Shown here in pieces: positions 37,879 through 51,200 of a DNA stretch of 52,538 nt. Position 1 is the first letter of the stretch; each line of letters begins with the position of its first letter. Position numbers and translations under genes: made by a program. The stretch spans positions 1 through 52,538 of the forward strand of contig MQRK01204900.1 of the NCBI GenBank assembly GCA_001938485.1, given 5' to 3'. The notes beneath the pieces were generated by a model. The model was not told the DNA's origin. It made no database searches and saw only the letters and a program-made list of their open reading frames with translations. This DNA is from Girardia tigrina (taxonomy: Eukaryota).

Positions 37879-38798
37879 CTTGGTTGTTACAAAAGTCTTG
37901 TCCTTGATCATGGAAATTGATGTATACTCACATAGACACAATGAATGTACAAACTGACATTTCATTACTCATAGAAAGGTTTCTTTTAATATTTATGATA
38001 AAACATTAACATTTCTTTATACGGACATAGAATTCTGTTTTAATATTTCAATACGTGCGTCATGTGACAATGACAAAATTTAAAACAAGATTCAAAGAAG
38101 GCAGTGTTGTCAAAATATTTTACATGTGCTAAGTCATGAACAAGTCAACCATAGATATGCAATACAAGATGAATCATTGATTTATTTTGATAATTTATCT
38201 CACTCAAAGAGTCGAACATGAATCGAAGTAGATGTTGATGGTCCTCAATGCAACGTTTTCTCCAATGACAAAGAACGAAAAAATGATGTTAATTTGTGTC
38301 TCTAGCAATGGAAAATACTTACTTGAAACAACAACTCAAGGATCATCAATCATCTGTACATTTCTTAAAATGCGTGAACGAGTTATGAGAAAACTAGGAA
38401 GAAATCCAATAAAATGTTCTGATCTTCTGCTACAGATTGACAATAAACCATCACGCACTGCTCGTATTACTCAGTAGTTTTTTTGAACAAAGTCGCGTTG
38501 AAATAGTCAAACAGTTACTTTACTCGCCTGACTTAAATTTATGTGACAGATTTCTTCTTAAGAATGAAGCATCACTTAAAAAGTGTCCAGATTTCATCTG
38601 ATAGTGAGGTGGTTGATGCAGTGACGAAATATATGGATAATCTTAATCTTTTACTATATCAAGAACAGATTGAAAAGTTAAAAGTATATTGTAGTAAAAT
38701 CCTTTTGTTACATGCTTGTTATAGTGATTATGAAACATGATTGTTAATTGTCAAATATTCCTTTTTTTCTTTATGACAAAACTTTTGTGACAAAGTAA
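37879..38798 (+). mobile_element. decayed mariner (DD34D) element
   Basis: Imperfect TIRs TTGTTACAAAAGTCTTGTC / GACAAAACTTTTGTGACAA with TA flanks; LLLQIDNKPS..YSPDLN..LK..SSDSEV..V..Y..IEKL..C. Confidence 0.75.
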
Positions 38799-39175
38799 TA
38801 TGTCATAAATAGTATAAGATAATATAAAGTATTCAAGAATGTAAAAATAATAAATAAGATGAAAAAAAATTTAACGCCATTTTTAAAAGTTTATTTTTGA
38901 AATTCATTTCGGTAGATTACAGTCAAACCTGTTTTCGTGCGGTAAAGATGGACCGCATAAAAAGTCTCCTTTAAAAAATGTCTTCAAGCTTCACGAAATA
39001 ACAAGAAAGTCCAAACGAAATAAATAATTATTTATAAGTTCTAAATTCATTATGATTAAATTCGTATTATTGATTTTATACATAAATTTAAATCAATTTT
39101 CCTTTTATTTTCTTTAAAATATATTTTAAAAAACACAAAAAAATAAATAATCTTAAAAGTAAAATAAATGTTTAA

Positions 39176-39498
39176 CCACTCTACCTTTTGGTTTTTTTCC
39201 ACTAGGTAGGTAAAAAAATCACCAGGTTTTTTTATTGTTGTAACCACGCGGTCAACACCACCCATCGTAAAATTGTAGTCATGAGTCACGGTTGGCCGCT
39301 GTTTTCCGCTGTCTAATTCAATCATGGTTGTACCATGAACCGTTGATAGAAAAAACACGTCTCTTTTGTCTCTCCACCTCAACACCATCATTTTCCTTTT
39401 TCTATAGGCTTTTGTTGTATGAACGAGCGTCACTTGGGTTGTTGCGATCGGGAAAGTTTTTTGACGACGAGTCACGCTCGTTCAAAGAGGTGGGGTGG
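39176..39498 (-). mobile_element. internally deleted piggyBac mini-element
   Basis: TTAA on both sides; TIRs CCACTCTACCTTTTG / CAAAGAGGTGGGGTGG; retains WRDKRDVFFLSTVH..DYNFTMGGVDR. Confidence 0.8.
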
Positions 39499-41047
39499 TT
39501 AATTCAATACTTTATAAAATAAATATAAAAAAAATTTAAAAATATTTAATTTTAAATAATAAGTATTTAAAATAAAATAATTTAATTAAAATCAATTATT
39601 ATCCTTTTATAAAATTTTAAAAGAAGAAAAATGATTAACTAAATAAATGAAATTGGCGAAATGAATATCGATTCAAAAAAGAGTGAAACGAAAATACATA
39701 TGACAAAATCGTTTAAAGAAAATAAAATGAAAATAAGTTTAAATTTATGTATCAAATCATTTATAAAAAAATTATAATTATGAATTTTAGAGCTGATAAA
39801 AGGATAAACAAATTACTAAATTTATTATTAAATACAAATAATTGTTCGAAATCATGTATTGAAAATTTGGCTCATCAAAGTTTGTATAACATATTAAATA
39901 AGTCAATTAATATTAATAATAAAAATATTGATAATATAATAAGATATCAACACAGAATAATAAACACGACCCCCATAATACGTTCCTTAAAATCAGCCAT
40001 AACAACCTGAATCAAGTTTATTTTATCAGTTCCTTAATCAGAGAGCTTTAAACATTTCAAATCAGCAAATTGGAAAAATCAATTTTCGATTTCCAAATAC
40101 GATCAAGTAAAAAATTAAATCTCTATCTTATAAAATAATCTCGGTTATAAAACAAGATTGTACTCTAATCGTGTTTATAAATAAATGTTTAATTTGTGTA
40201 ACGCCATATACATTAAAGAGGCATCTCGTCGTTTCTTGAAACTAATCAAAGAGTATAATTAATTGTATAATCAAAGTGCTGAACAGAATTAAAAATGTAA
40301 AAAAAAAATAGAAGAAAATAATTTATAAATTGTGAGTAATCGATTTTTAAATTATTGGGATAGAGTGAAGTGTTATGCCTTACTGATAAGATCAATTGAT
40401 CCGCAAATTAGTATTCAAGTCTCACATTCAACTTCTTTGTTAAATATCTTCCAATAGAAATTTTTGACATAATTGATTATAAAATCATCATTTATTCTAG
40501 TCTAACGATGGCACTCGGTAATTTGCCGAAAGTAATCACAAAAAAACTTTAAAAATGGTGTTTATAATTGTTAAATAATTATTAATTGTCATTATTTATT
40601 ATATTCCTAAGAAATAAAATTATTTAATAAATCGTATTGAATTAATAAATATTTATTGAACTAATATTAAGTTTGAATGCCATAAAACAAAAATAAATCA
40701 ATTTTCCTAACTTTGTTTCTTTTATTATCTTCTTTCTAATCAAAAATATGATTGTGAATTAGCTGATTGCAAAAATAAATAAGTGTAACATTCAATAAAT
40801 GTTTAACCTTCCAAATCAAGCCTAACAAGTTAGAGCACCGACACTTACCAAATTTAGACAGAAATACAGATTTATATTAACCAAACATAACTTACAATCA
40901 TTTATGCTTCTACGTCACTAATATTTTAAATTTGATGTTCGAGAGATTGTAATGAGATTTTATTACCTCAACTTATTAATAAATTATCAATTATGTAATA
41001 AAATATAATATGTTATTAGTAAAAATTAGAATTCATGATTTGTTTAA

Positions 41048-41560
41048 CCCTTTGAATATCGAACAATAGGTTGTGTCGTAAAAAACGACGTTTTTTAAAT
41101 ACGTGTATTAGTACAAACACTATAGATAATCCCCTCCTTTCTCCTGAATAGATCGTATGTCCATACACGTATTTTCAACAGCGCCTTTCATCCTCTCTCC
41201 ATGAAATGTCGGCAAGAGGTGTCGAAGAAATTCATAGATTGCATACATTCCATATTAGAGAAACCCAGGCTATACGATGATTCAGAGAAAACGCCGTTTT
41301 TTACGACACAACCTATATTTTTTACTTATATTAAACAAATTTATTGAAATTAATGTTTAAATAATTGTTAACAAGTAGGAAAAAATCGAACTCGCAACTG
41401 ACTAGTTTCAACAAGTGTTTAGACAATATATGCAGATGACGCACAAGAGTAAACACACGATACACAATTGGGACACAAATAACCCCTTGCTAGTGGTAAT
41501 TCACCTAACTTGATTTTTTTTAATTACTTGGGATATATAGCCCCATTGGTAATGAAAGGG
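41048..41560. mobile_element. piggyBac-type MITE
   Basis: TTAA-CCCTTT..AAAGGG-TTAA; internal inverted repeat ATAGGTTGTGTCGTAAAAAACGACGTTTT (41066-41094) / 41288-41316. Confidence 0.85.
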
Positions 41561-41758
41561 TTAAGAAAACAAAAACTAATCTTTATTTCGTAATTAAATT
41601 ATATTTATATAATAAGACGTAAAACGGACTTTCTTTTGCTATGAACAATTAACTTATAAATAAATTGCACGTTTACTGTCAACTTTATAAAGGTCATAAT
41701 TATTTCTACTTTAATTACAATCAGTGTGGCGTAATCTTTTTTTGTGTAATGGTCTTAC

Positions 41759-42298
41759 ATAATTCGATGTACTTTATTTATTTCAAATTAATAAATTAAT
41801 TTTATAATAAAAATAATTTTAATGTATATTTTAAAAATAATTAAAATCAATTTTACGAAACTTTTATAATTTATTCGTTTTAATTTTCTAGTTTAACATT
41901 TAAAAATAAATAAATTTATTAAATCAATAATTAAAATAAAAAAATAGAATAATAAATATTAATTCATAAATTTTTAAATGAATTTTAATTATGTTATTTT
42001 TCAAAATTAATTTAAATATAATTTTACTTTTTTTCTGTTTTTTATTTTAATAATTTAAAATCTAACAAAAATATAATTTTAATAAACATGATTTTCTCCA
42101 ATTTTCAAATATGATTCAACACGTTCCTTGTTCAAAATATCGACAATGACGAAACTAATAATTAAATATTTAGTCCGGATGAGGATATTGAAAATATAAT
42201 TCGATGTACTTTATTTATTTCAAATTAATAAATTAATTTTATAATAAAAATAATTTTAATGTATATTTTAAAAATAATTAAAATCAATTTTACGAAAC
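41759..42298 (+). repeat. 103-bp direct duplication (41759-41861 and 42196-42298)
   Basis: Apparently identical ATAATTCGATGTACTTTATTT..TTTTACGAAAC. Confidence 0.9.
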
Positions 42299-42571
42299 CT
42301 TTTTTCCATGCTTTATATTAGCTTGCTTCCTATATATGCATCCATTTCGTATAGAAACATGTTTTTGTTGGCTTTTTACTAAATCGATTTTCTTCAAACT
42401 TTGCACACTTACTCTACTTGGCCAATAGTATTTTTGTTATCTTTTGTAGAAGGGAAAATTACTATAACATTTTTTAATAAATTTATTACTTTATTAATTA
42501 CTATTGAATAGCCAAATGGATTTGTAAAATATTTTTGTATGAAATTTTAATTCCATTTAAAGTCTTTCTAG

Positions 42572-42807
42572 TGTAAATGCAATTCGAATAACAAGAATTA
42601 AATATATAAATCAACCATTACTGAGGAGAATAACATGCAAATACAAAAAGTGAAACATTACAAAATATTTCTTTAATTTTTGCCATTATGACATTATTTA
42701 GTACAACTTTCTTACGTAATTTACTTGGAAAGTCTAAAAGAGGGCTTCTCGACAACGATGAGGAATTTAAAAACCTGATAAAAGGAACCGTATATGAGCG
42801 ATTGAAA
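42572..42807 (+). CDS. two candidate exons with a 52-nt intron, unassigned
   Basis: VNAIRITRIKYINQPLLRRITCKYK/NTTFLRNLLGKSKRGLLDNDEEFKNLIKGTVYERLK with AG acceptors and GT donors (42650, 42808). Confidence 0.3.
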
Positions 42808-43064
42808 GTATGAATAACGAGCATAAACTTAAATCATAGGGTGACACCACACCAGTCTTAAAAATATTTCTGTTATTTATACGAATGTTTGTGTCATTGT
42901 AAGAATATTATTTTCCTTTTTATGGTGATTAATTTTAATTGAATTTAATCATTATTCAATGTAAATATGTTGTTATATAATGTAAAATTAAACTCTTCAA
43001 ATCATGTGGTACAATATCAGTTAACATAGTGATGCAAAACATGAATCTTCTATGAAGATGTATA

Positions 43065-44247
43065 CAGGGTGCGGCAGCTATTTGAGAACACGTAATATAG
43101 ACACCATATCTTTTTGTGTGTTATAATTACATAATTTTATTTTTGTTGGTAGACATGGCAGAAGCTACTCTTACGAATGNNNNNNNNNNNNNNNNNNNNN
43201 NNNNNNNNNNNNNNNNNNNNNNNNNNNNNNNNNNNNNNNNNNNNNNNNNNNNNNNNNNNNNNNNNNNNNNNNNNNNNNNNNNNNNNNNNNNNNNNNNNNN
43301 NNNNNNNNNNNNNNNNNNNNNNNNNNNNNNNNNNNNNNNNNNNNNNNNNNNNNNNNNNNNNNNNNNNNNNNNNNNNNNNNNNNNNNNNNNNNNNNNNNNN
43401 NNNNNNNNNNNNNNNNNNNNNNNNNNNNNNNNNNNNNNNNNNNNNNNNNNNNNNNNNNNNNNNNNNNNNNNNNNNNNNNNNNNNNNNNNNNNNNNNNNNN
43501 NNNNNNNNNNNNNNNNNNNNNNNNNNNNNNNNNNNNNNNNNNNNNNNNNNNNNNNNNNNNNNNNNNNNNNNNNNNNNNNNNNNNNNNNNNNNNNNNNNNN
43601 NNNNNNNNNNNNNNNNNNNNNNNNNNNNNNNNNNNNNNNNNNNNNNNNNNNNNNNNNNNNNNNNNNNNNNNNNNNNNNNNNNNNNNNNNNNNNNNNNNNN
43701 NNNNNNNNNNNNNNNNNNNNNNNNNNNNNNNNNNNNNNNNNNNNNNNNNNNNNNNNNNNNNNNNNNNNNNNNNNNNNNNNNNNNNNNNNNNNNNNNNNNN
43801 NNNNNNNNNNNNNNNNNNNNNNNNNNNNNNNNNNNNNNNNNNNNNNNNNNNNNNNNNNNNNNNNNNNNNNNNNNNNNNNNNNNNNNNNNNNNNNNNNNNN
43901 NNNNNNNNNNNNNNNNNNNNNNNNNNNNNNNNNNNNNNNNNNNNNNNNNNNNNNNNNNNNNNNNNNNNNNNNNNNNNNNNNNNNNNNNNNNNNNNNNNNN
44001 NNNNNNNNNNNNNNNNNNNNNNNNNNNNNNNNNNNNNNNNNNNNNNNNNNNNNNNNNNNNNNNNNNNNNNNNNNNNNNNNNNNNNNNNNNNNNNNNNNNN
44101 NNNNNNNNNNNNNNNNNNNNNNNNNNNNNNNNNNNTGTACGTGTTAATATATGTAAAATTTTAAATTGTAATAAATGTTATTTTTCTGTTGTATATTCAT
44201 TTTTTGAACTTTATGTCATTTTGTTCTCAAATAGTTGCCGCACCCTG
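43065..44247 (+). mobile_element. second maT/DD37D-family copy, interior hidden by gap
   Basis: TA-CAGGGTGCGGCAGCTATTTGAGAACA..TGTTCTCAAATAGTTGCCGCACCCTG-TA; length matches the 32855 copy. Confidence 0.88.
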
Positions 44248-45245
44248 TAAGTTTGTAGAAAAGGAAACGACTTTTATTTGAATTTTTTATTTAATCAGTT
44301 TAAAGTCTCATATTTAATTAATAATAATTATTATTATTATAATTTTGATAATCTAATCGTCTACTACTGTTTGTGGGACTATATTGACCTTTTATAAAAA
44401 TTTATTAAAGCAAAATAGAAATAACTATAATGTTAGTAAAAATGGAATAGTGAGTTCATGAGCTTCATTTAATATACAAAATCGATTTTTTACTCAAATA
44501 GAAATAAAAAATTAAAATTAAAAGACAATTAAAATTTATGATACTGCTTACTAATTTCGACCGTTTAACCACAATATTCAGTATTAGGAACACTAATTTC
44601 ATTTTTGACACCATTATTATTATCACAAGTTCATTTAACTTTGCATCATAGAATCGATTAATAATCTTTATCCGATTATCTAAACTAATTTGAACCTGAA
44701 AACTCTCAAAATATTTACTACGAAGTTTCTTTTTTAAAATTAAAATAAACATTAATTCTTTTTAAATATTAATTCGCTTTATTTATTTAAAAATTTAATT
44801 TAAAATTTATCAAGTTATTTAACATTTTAAATGATATTAAATTAAACAAATCTAAATATTATAAGTTAATTTAAATCAAAGTAGTTTCAGATAATAATAA
44901 TTAAAATATTGATCATCCATCTGATTGGACAGACACAATCCCAAATCAACACACACATTCAAACAAAACATTTCAAACATTCCTCACATTTAGAACAACT
45001 GATCTTTTAAAAGAAAGTTATTTATATATTTCCGGTAATTATTGTGCTACCGATTCGTCTAGCAATCGTCATTTAGGGGTTGAAAGTATTGATGTACTTT
45101 TGATCTTCGATTCCTTGATCTCGAATTATTCAAGCTACAGTGTTTTTTTTATTTGAAGTTATTTTTATATAATCTTTTATCAATCACTAATCATTTAAAG
45201 TAATGAATTAAAATTATTTTATAAATATATTATATTCTTTTTCAG

Positions 45246-48200
45246 AAATAAAGAATCATTTCAAAGTAATAAACGAAGTTAGTCAACCGAACACGATAAA
45301 TAAGCAAATTAACAACCTTCTAAGGCGAGGTAAGTTTTGCTTGTGAAATAAAAAATAAAGTTATATATTTATTGATTATTGATAAAATTGATGTTTAATA
45401 TCGTAAAATTTTATGGAAATTTCTGAACTATAAAGAATACGTTTCAGAAAAACTTCTTGCTTTTCATTTATGGAGAAATGGAAACCCTTAAAACTTATTT
45501 TGTCTTTCATTAGTTTCTTTGGTTTCGATGGTTCTTCCTCATCGGCCAAAATTGGATATAAAAAATAAATTGAGACTTACATAAAAATACATAATATGCC
45601 TTTTGAAAAATATTATTTATAGTTCAAATATTTACTTTTTTGGGCTGATATTAATAAAAAATAAAATTCACTAAAAACTAAAATATTTTTTCTTAAAAAT
45701 TCATCTTTGGGTTTGTACCTTGAAATTTACCTGTTTCTCAATTAAATTTCCCAATTCTATACAATCGCATTTTTCATTTCGTTTTCATAATAGTTTTAAA
45801 AATTACTTTGGATTTAATAAAATAATATTTTGAAAATAGAATTTAAAATCGCAATTTCGTTTAATTTAACATTTTTTAAATTACCCCTTTTTTTACATAA
45901 AAAATAAAATTATATTTCCATTAATAAAATTAAAACCGCAGTTTTATTTAAATCGATTTAATTGTTTTACAATTATATTTTGATTCCAATTAAAATTTCC
46001 AAAAATAAAATTATAGTGACATTTTTAATTTACTTCGATTTAATCGTGTAAAATAAAAGAAAGTTACAAAAATAGTTTAGTTTACTTTCATTTCGCAAAT
46101 AAAATATTAAACTTTATATTACTTTTGATTTTATTTCACTTAAATATTTTCATCAAATTTGAAATTAACTTTTTTACTTTATAATAAATCTTTTAATAAA
46201 CCTACCGTAGAATTTATTTTATTTCTTACATGAATTAATTTTTTACATTAAATTTCTGAAAATTTTATTTTAACATATCTATAACAATATTTTACGGAAT
46301 GTTATTGTTTAGTTATTAATTTGATAAGATTGTAACTTCAAAAATTTTATGAACTCAACAACACTCCCAACATCCACCCCCGTTTTTGAAATTTTTGAAT
46401 TTTTCTACATTCCTTATTATTTGTTTATCATTTTCATCTTTGAGTCTATAACTCTTCTCATGAATCTGTTCAATGATTTCGTAAGGTCCTTCAAATTTGT
46501 CGTCGCCTTTCTTTCTTATTTCTTTCATAATCAAAACCTTATCATCAACTTTATAAGTTGCTCACGTTCCTGTTTCCACTGGCGTGTTCTTCTCTTTTAT
46601 CTTTTGTCTTAAGTTCTCTCGGTTCGTTTTACTGTCAATGTACCATTGTTGTCTTTCTATTTTCCTCCCAAATACTACTTCTGCTGGACTATCTGCAGAC
46701 CCTATCGTTTTCTGTTTTGTATCGTTTAATGCAAATTCTACCTCTGGTAATATGTCTGCCCAACTCATGGAGTTTCTCACTTTAAGGCTTGCTTGGATGA
46801 ACTCCCAAATAGTTCGGAATTGCCTCTCGATTATCCCTTTGGTATTATGGTGGTACGGACTTGAAAAGAAAAACGTTTGTCTCTCAGGTATTTGTATACC
46901 TTTTCGGTCCATGCGTGGCATAATAATCTGTGTGTTTGAATAATTAGCTCATTCCATTTTTCTTTAGGTACCCATTCTTTCTGTCCTGCTCTTGCTTGAC
47001 TTCTTGTAGTTACGGCTAATAGCCTGGTCTTTATCCTTTTTCGCTTCTTCATGTTCCATTTGGCACTGAGTACACGTTTCGCAATTTCGTCTAGATAACA
47101 TATCCGCGTTGCTATGTAATTCCCCTTTTCTGTATTCTATTTCGATATCAAGACTGCTTAAATAGTTCATCCAAGTTTGGAACTGAGCAGTTAACCGTTC
47201 TTTTGTCTGAAACATGAAAGTAATCGCTTTATGGTATGTTCGTAATTTAAATTTCTTTCCATACAAATAGTGATTGAAATGCTGACAGAAATAAAAAATC
47301 GCTAAAAGTTCCTTCCTGGTTATGCAGTACCCTCTTTCATGCGCCGATATTGTGTATGATCCATAGGCTATAACTTGTTCTCTACCTGAATCGCCTATCT
47401 GTGATAATACTGCCCCTATGTTGTCGAAGCTGGCTTCAAAAATTTGAAGAACACGTCCGAAACACTTGATTAGCTTTCTTTGTCTACATGTTTCACTTGT
47501 GTGACCTACTTTTTCACAATTTCTACATTTAACTGTTTTCATGCCTGGAGCGTATTCTGTAGTATTTCTACCAACCCCTGCCTGATTTTGTCCGTATTTA
47601 CTGTCCCCTGTTACTGCTTCTCTGTAATTGCGCGATCTGTTTTGCATCCCTGGTCTCTTACTACCTTTACATCTTCTGTCACAATTTTGACGTCATGTAC
47701 TGCCTTTATCTTTTCTTTTATCTCATCTATTTCTTTCACTTTGTTAAGTCGCATTTCTTTTTTATGTCCACATCGTCACAACAATGTAACAATAATGCTT
47801 CCAATAATTCAAGTCATGTTTCAAGATCTTGGCCACGAGCTTTTCTACTTTCTCAAAAAATATTTCCGGTATGTCTTCCTTCATCCTATACCGGCATGCC
47901 TCAGTCAGATCGTCGAATAGTGATGAAGTTCGATAGAATGCCTTTCTCAATCGATCTTTATAATCTACTATTGACTTATCTACCGCTTTGTATCGATCAT
48001 TCAGATCTCTCTCCAATAAACATATGACTATAGTCTCTTGTTTGGACTTCGCTATTCCTGCAAAATTAAAGAATTTTTCACATTCTTCAATAAATTTCTC
48101 CACATTATCGTCTTTCTAGTACTTTTCAGGTAACAGTTGCTCCGTGAAGATATCCATTGCAGCGTTAGTCACCATGTGAGAAGTATTTGTGACGTCAATA

Positions 48201-51200
48201 TCGGAATTCATTTTACTCAAATTCAAAATTAGAAAATATATTTTTAGAAATATTAATAAAATTTTTTAATAAAGAATGTTTTTTAATTAAGAATGTTTAT
48301 TTAAGCTCAAATTAATTTTTAAAATTTTCAATTTTACTTCAAATCAAAATAATCTCTTTTAAAACTATTTAAATTTTGATCAGCGCACCAAAAATTAATT
48401 ACCTCCTCATAATTATATTATATGCCCTAGTTAGTTGATGCAATTGAAATTGACCTTGTAATTACATAATCCGGGGATGTCATAACATATCTCCACATCA
48501 CCACAGGGTTATTATATGTACTTTCTATAAATTTTTAAAATAAGGGTACTGTGCCCTACAAAGGGGTATACCTGATAGTCCTATATCAGACTTCGAATTT
48601 CTTATAAAATGTACAACTTGTGATCGATATATATTTTAATATTAATTGTCAAGGTGAACAGAGCATTATAAATATATTTTTGTTGAAAGAACCTTTGAAG
48701 TTGAGGCAGATTTGAATTTTAATTTCGAATTCCCAACATATATTCATATTTGAATTCTTAATTTTAACTTTTTTGGTTTAAAGTTATATAAATTTTAATT
48801 ATAAATTTCATTTTAATCATTTATTCCCGTTGAAAAAGTTTTTAACATGTTAACAGAGAAAAATAGAAAAGCGAAATGCAATATTCGTCCAGAAATAGTA
48901 ACAACAGTTAAGAAGGTTGTACAATAAGACTAAGGAATCACTTGAAATGAAAACTTTTGAAACTATCGAATCTAAAATAAGTTCATCATCTACCTGCTGT
49001 AATACAATGAAACATTATTTTGTGGAAAGAATGATGGCAAACAGCAAAAGAAACAACAGAATCAAAAACACATTAAAAAGAATCAAAAGATTATTTAAGA
49101 CAAATAAATATCAAAGATATGAAGATGAGGAATACTCTTTTTTTCAGTTAAAGGGTAAATTTAAAAGAATTCTGAATTTTTTCTTTCTCATTAATTTGTG
49201 TCTGAGGTTCTCGGTAATTTTTGTTTGAAAATTTGAATTATTTCGATTATTATTTGTATTTTTGTTAATGAAAAGAACAATCCTTCGATGCTTTTTGACT
49301 CCCGAGGTAAAAAATTTAGTTTCATACTTATATTCATTCCAAACGGATATCCCCAATAGTCTGTTTAACAATCAATGCTCTGCCTAGACAACGTCTTGGA
49401 AGAATGTAAGTTCTTGGTTTAACTTAGAGTTCTCCTTTGACATAGTTCACAGTTTCGCCCTATTTTCGTGTGATTATCTCTGCATATCCTTTTAGTCCAT
49501 TATAAATGCATTATACTTTACCAGTGTTTATCATATCCTCTTACTATTAATTACTCAAACTTCAGATTTTTTCGGTCCATAGGAATATTAGTTCAATTGT
49601 TAGTTCAATATGATAAACCTTTTGCTTAATGTTCAAAGATTGATTCATGACGTCTTAATTTTCTAAAAAATTACATTACATTAGTTTGTTTAGGTTAATA
49701 AAGTTTAGATTAATGAGATTTTTCTATATTGTGTTAATTTAATTTTTTTAATAAATTTATAATGCTTAAAAGTATTTTGATATCCTTCAACTAAAAACTA
49801 TTCAGATCTTTTCAAAGTAGAAGAAGAATCTGTGAAGAGAAAGTTTTAAAAACGGATAAAGAAGCAAAGTTACTGACACGATATTATTCCCAAAGAAATT
49901 TTTATAATTAGTTTTGGATATTATATTATTTTTCTTAAAACTTGAAATATCTACATTACTCCCCGTAAATAATGGCGATTTTTTTATTGAAAACTTTATT
50001 TTTCTTAGAGTTGTTAAACATGTTTTAGGTACACCAGGAGTCATAGAAGGTTTCTTGGGAATGGATGATGAAGAGGAAATTCCGAGTCTTTCAAAGCGTT
50101 CATCTTCTGATAGTACATCCAAATTAAATCTAGGTTTGTATTGTCAATATTTGATAATTAAATGATATTCCAACATTCTTTACTTTTAGTCTCACAACCA
50201 AAAAGTCTATCAAAATCTAACTCGAAAAGGTTCACATCACCGAATGATGTAAGATTTTTGTTCAAAGATTAAGTTCATTTTCCAAATTTTTTATAATATA
50301 TATATATATATATNNNNNNNNNNNNNNNNNNNNNNNNNNNNNNNNNNNNNNNNNNNNNNNNNNTATATATATATATATATATATTCTATTCTTAACTTAG
50401 CGAGACAGGAGTGAGTTGTAGGTAAGCAAATCGTCATAAAAAGTCTCATATTTCTCTATTTTTGAAGTTATTGATGACTTCAAAAATTTGTTCGTCAGCT
50501 AATTTATACTTCTTCCATTTTTGAGTATACTGGTCTCCTTCTTTCAGTCTACGAACAAAATACATCTTCGTTTCGTACTCGTTATTCAAAATGTTTGAAA
50601 ATATTTATTTAAACATGCAACCTGTTGAAAGAGTAATTTTTATGTTAAGCAATATTTCATGTTAAATTGTTAAATATTTTTCAAAATCACAGAAAAAACT
50701 TTCGAGATTTTTTTCAATTTGTAACACAATCTTATTAATCCGAAATATATATAGTAACGGATATCACCAAATAGTATCACTAAAATTGTTTTAAGGTGGT
50801 GATACTATTTGGTACTTTCAATTCCCATTAACAAAAATATAAAAATATGAATAAAAAAGCAAATATCAATAATACTTTATTCATTAAAGACATCCAAACA
50901 TTCTACATCATCATTATCATCTAAACTATCACGTTTTGCCTTGCAACATAAACTCGATTACTTCTTTTTTTCTGAAAGCGATTTTAAATAATCGTTTGGC
51001 CATAAGAATTTTTAAAATGGAATATTTATTAATATTAAAATAATTTAATTAAATGATTTTAAAAACTTAAATAGTGATACTAATAGGGTCGTGATACTAT
51101 TTAAATAGTATCACTAAAAAATTTTTAAATTAGTGATTATTATTTGGGTCGTGATACTATATGGGTTGGTGATACTAATTGACGATATCCTTTATTTGCT

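Noticed and set aside
49330-49600. Minus-strand integrase zinc-finger remnant (..CELCQRR..)
   Set aside because: Too degraded to support a call.
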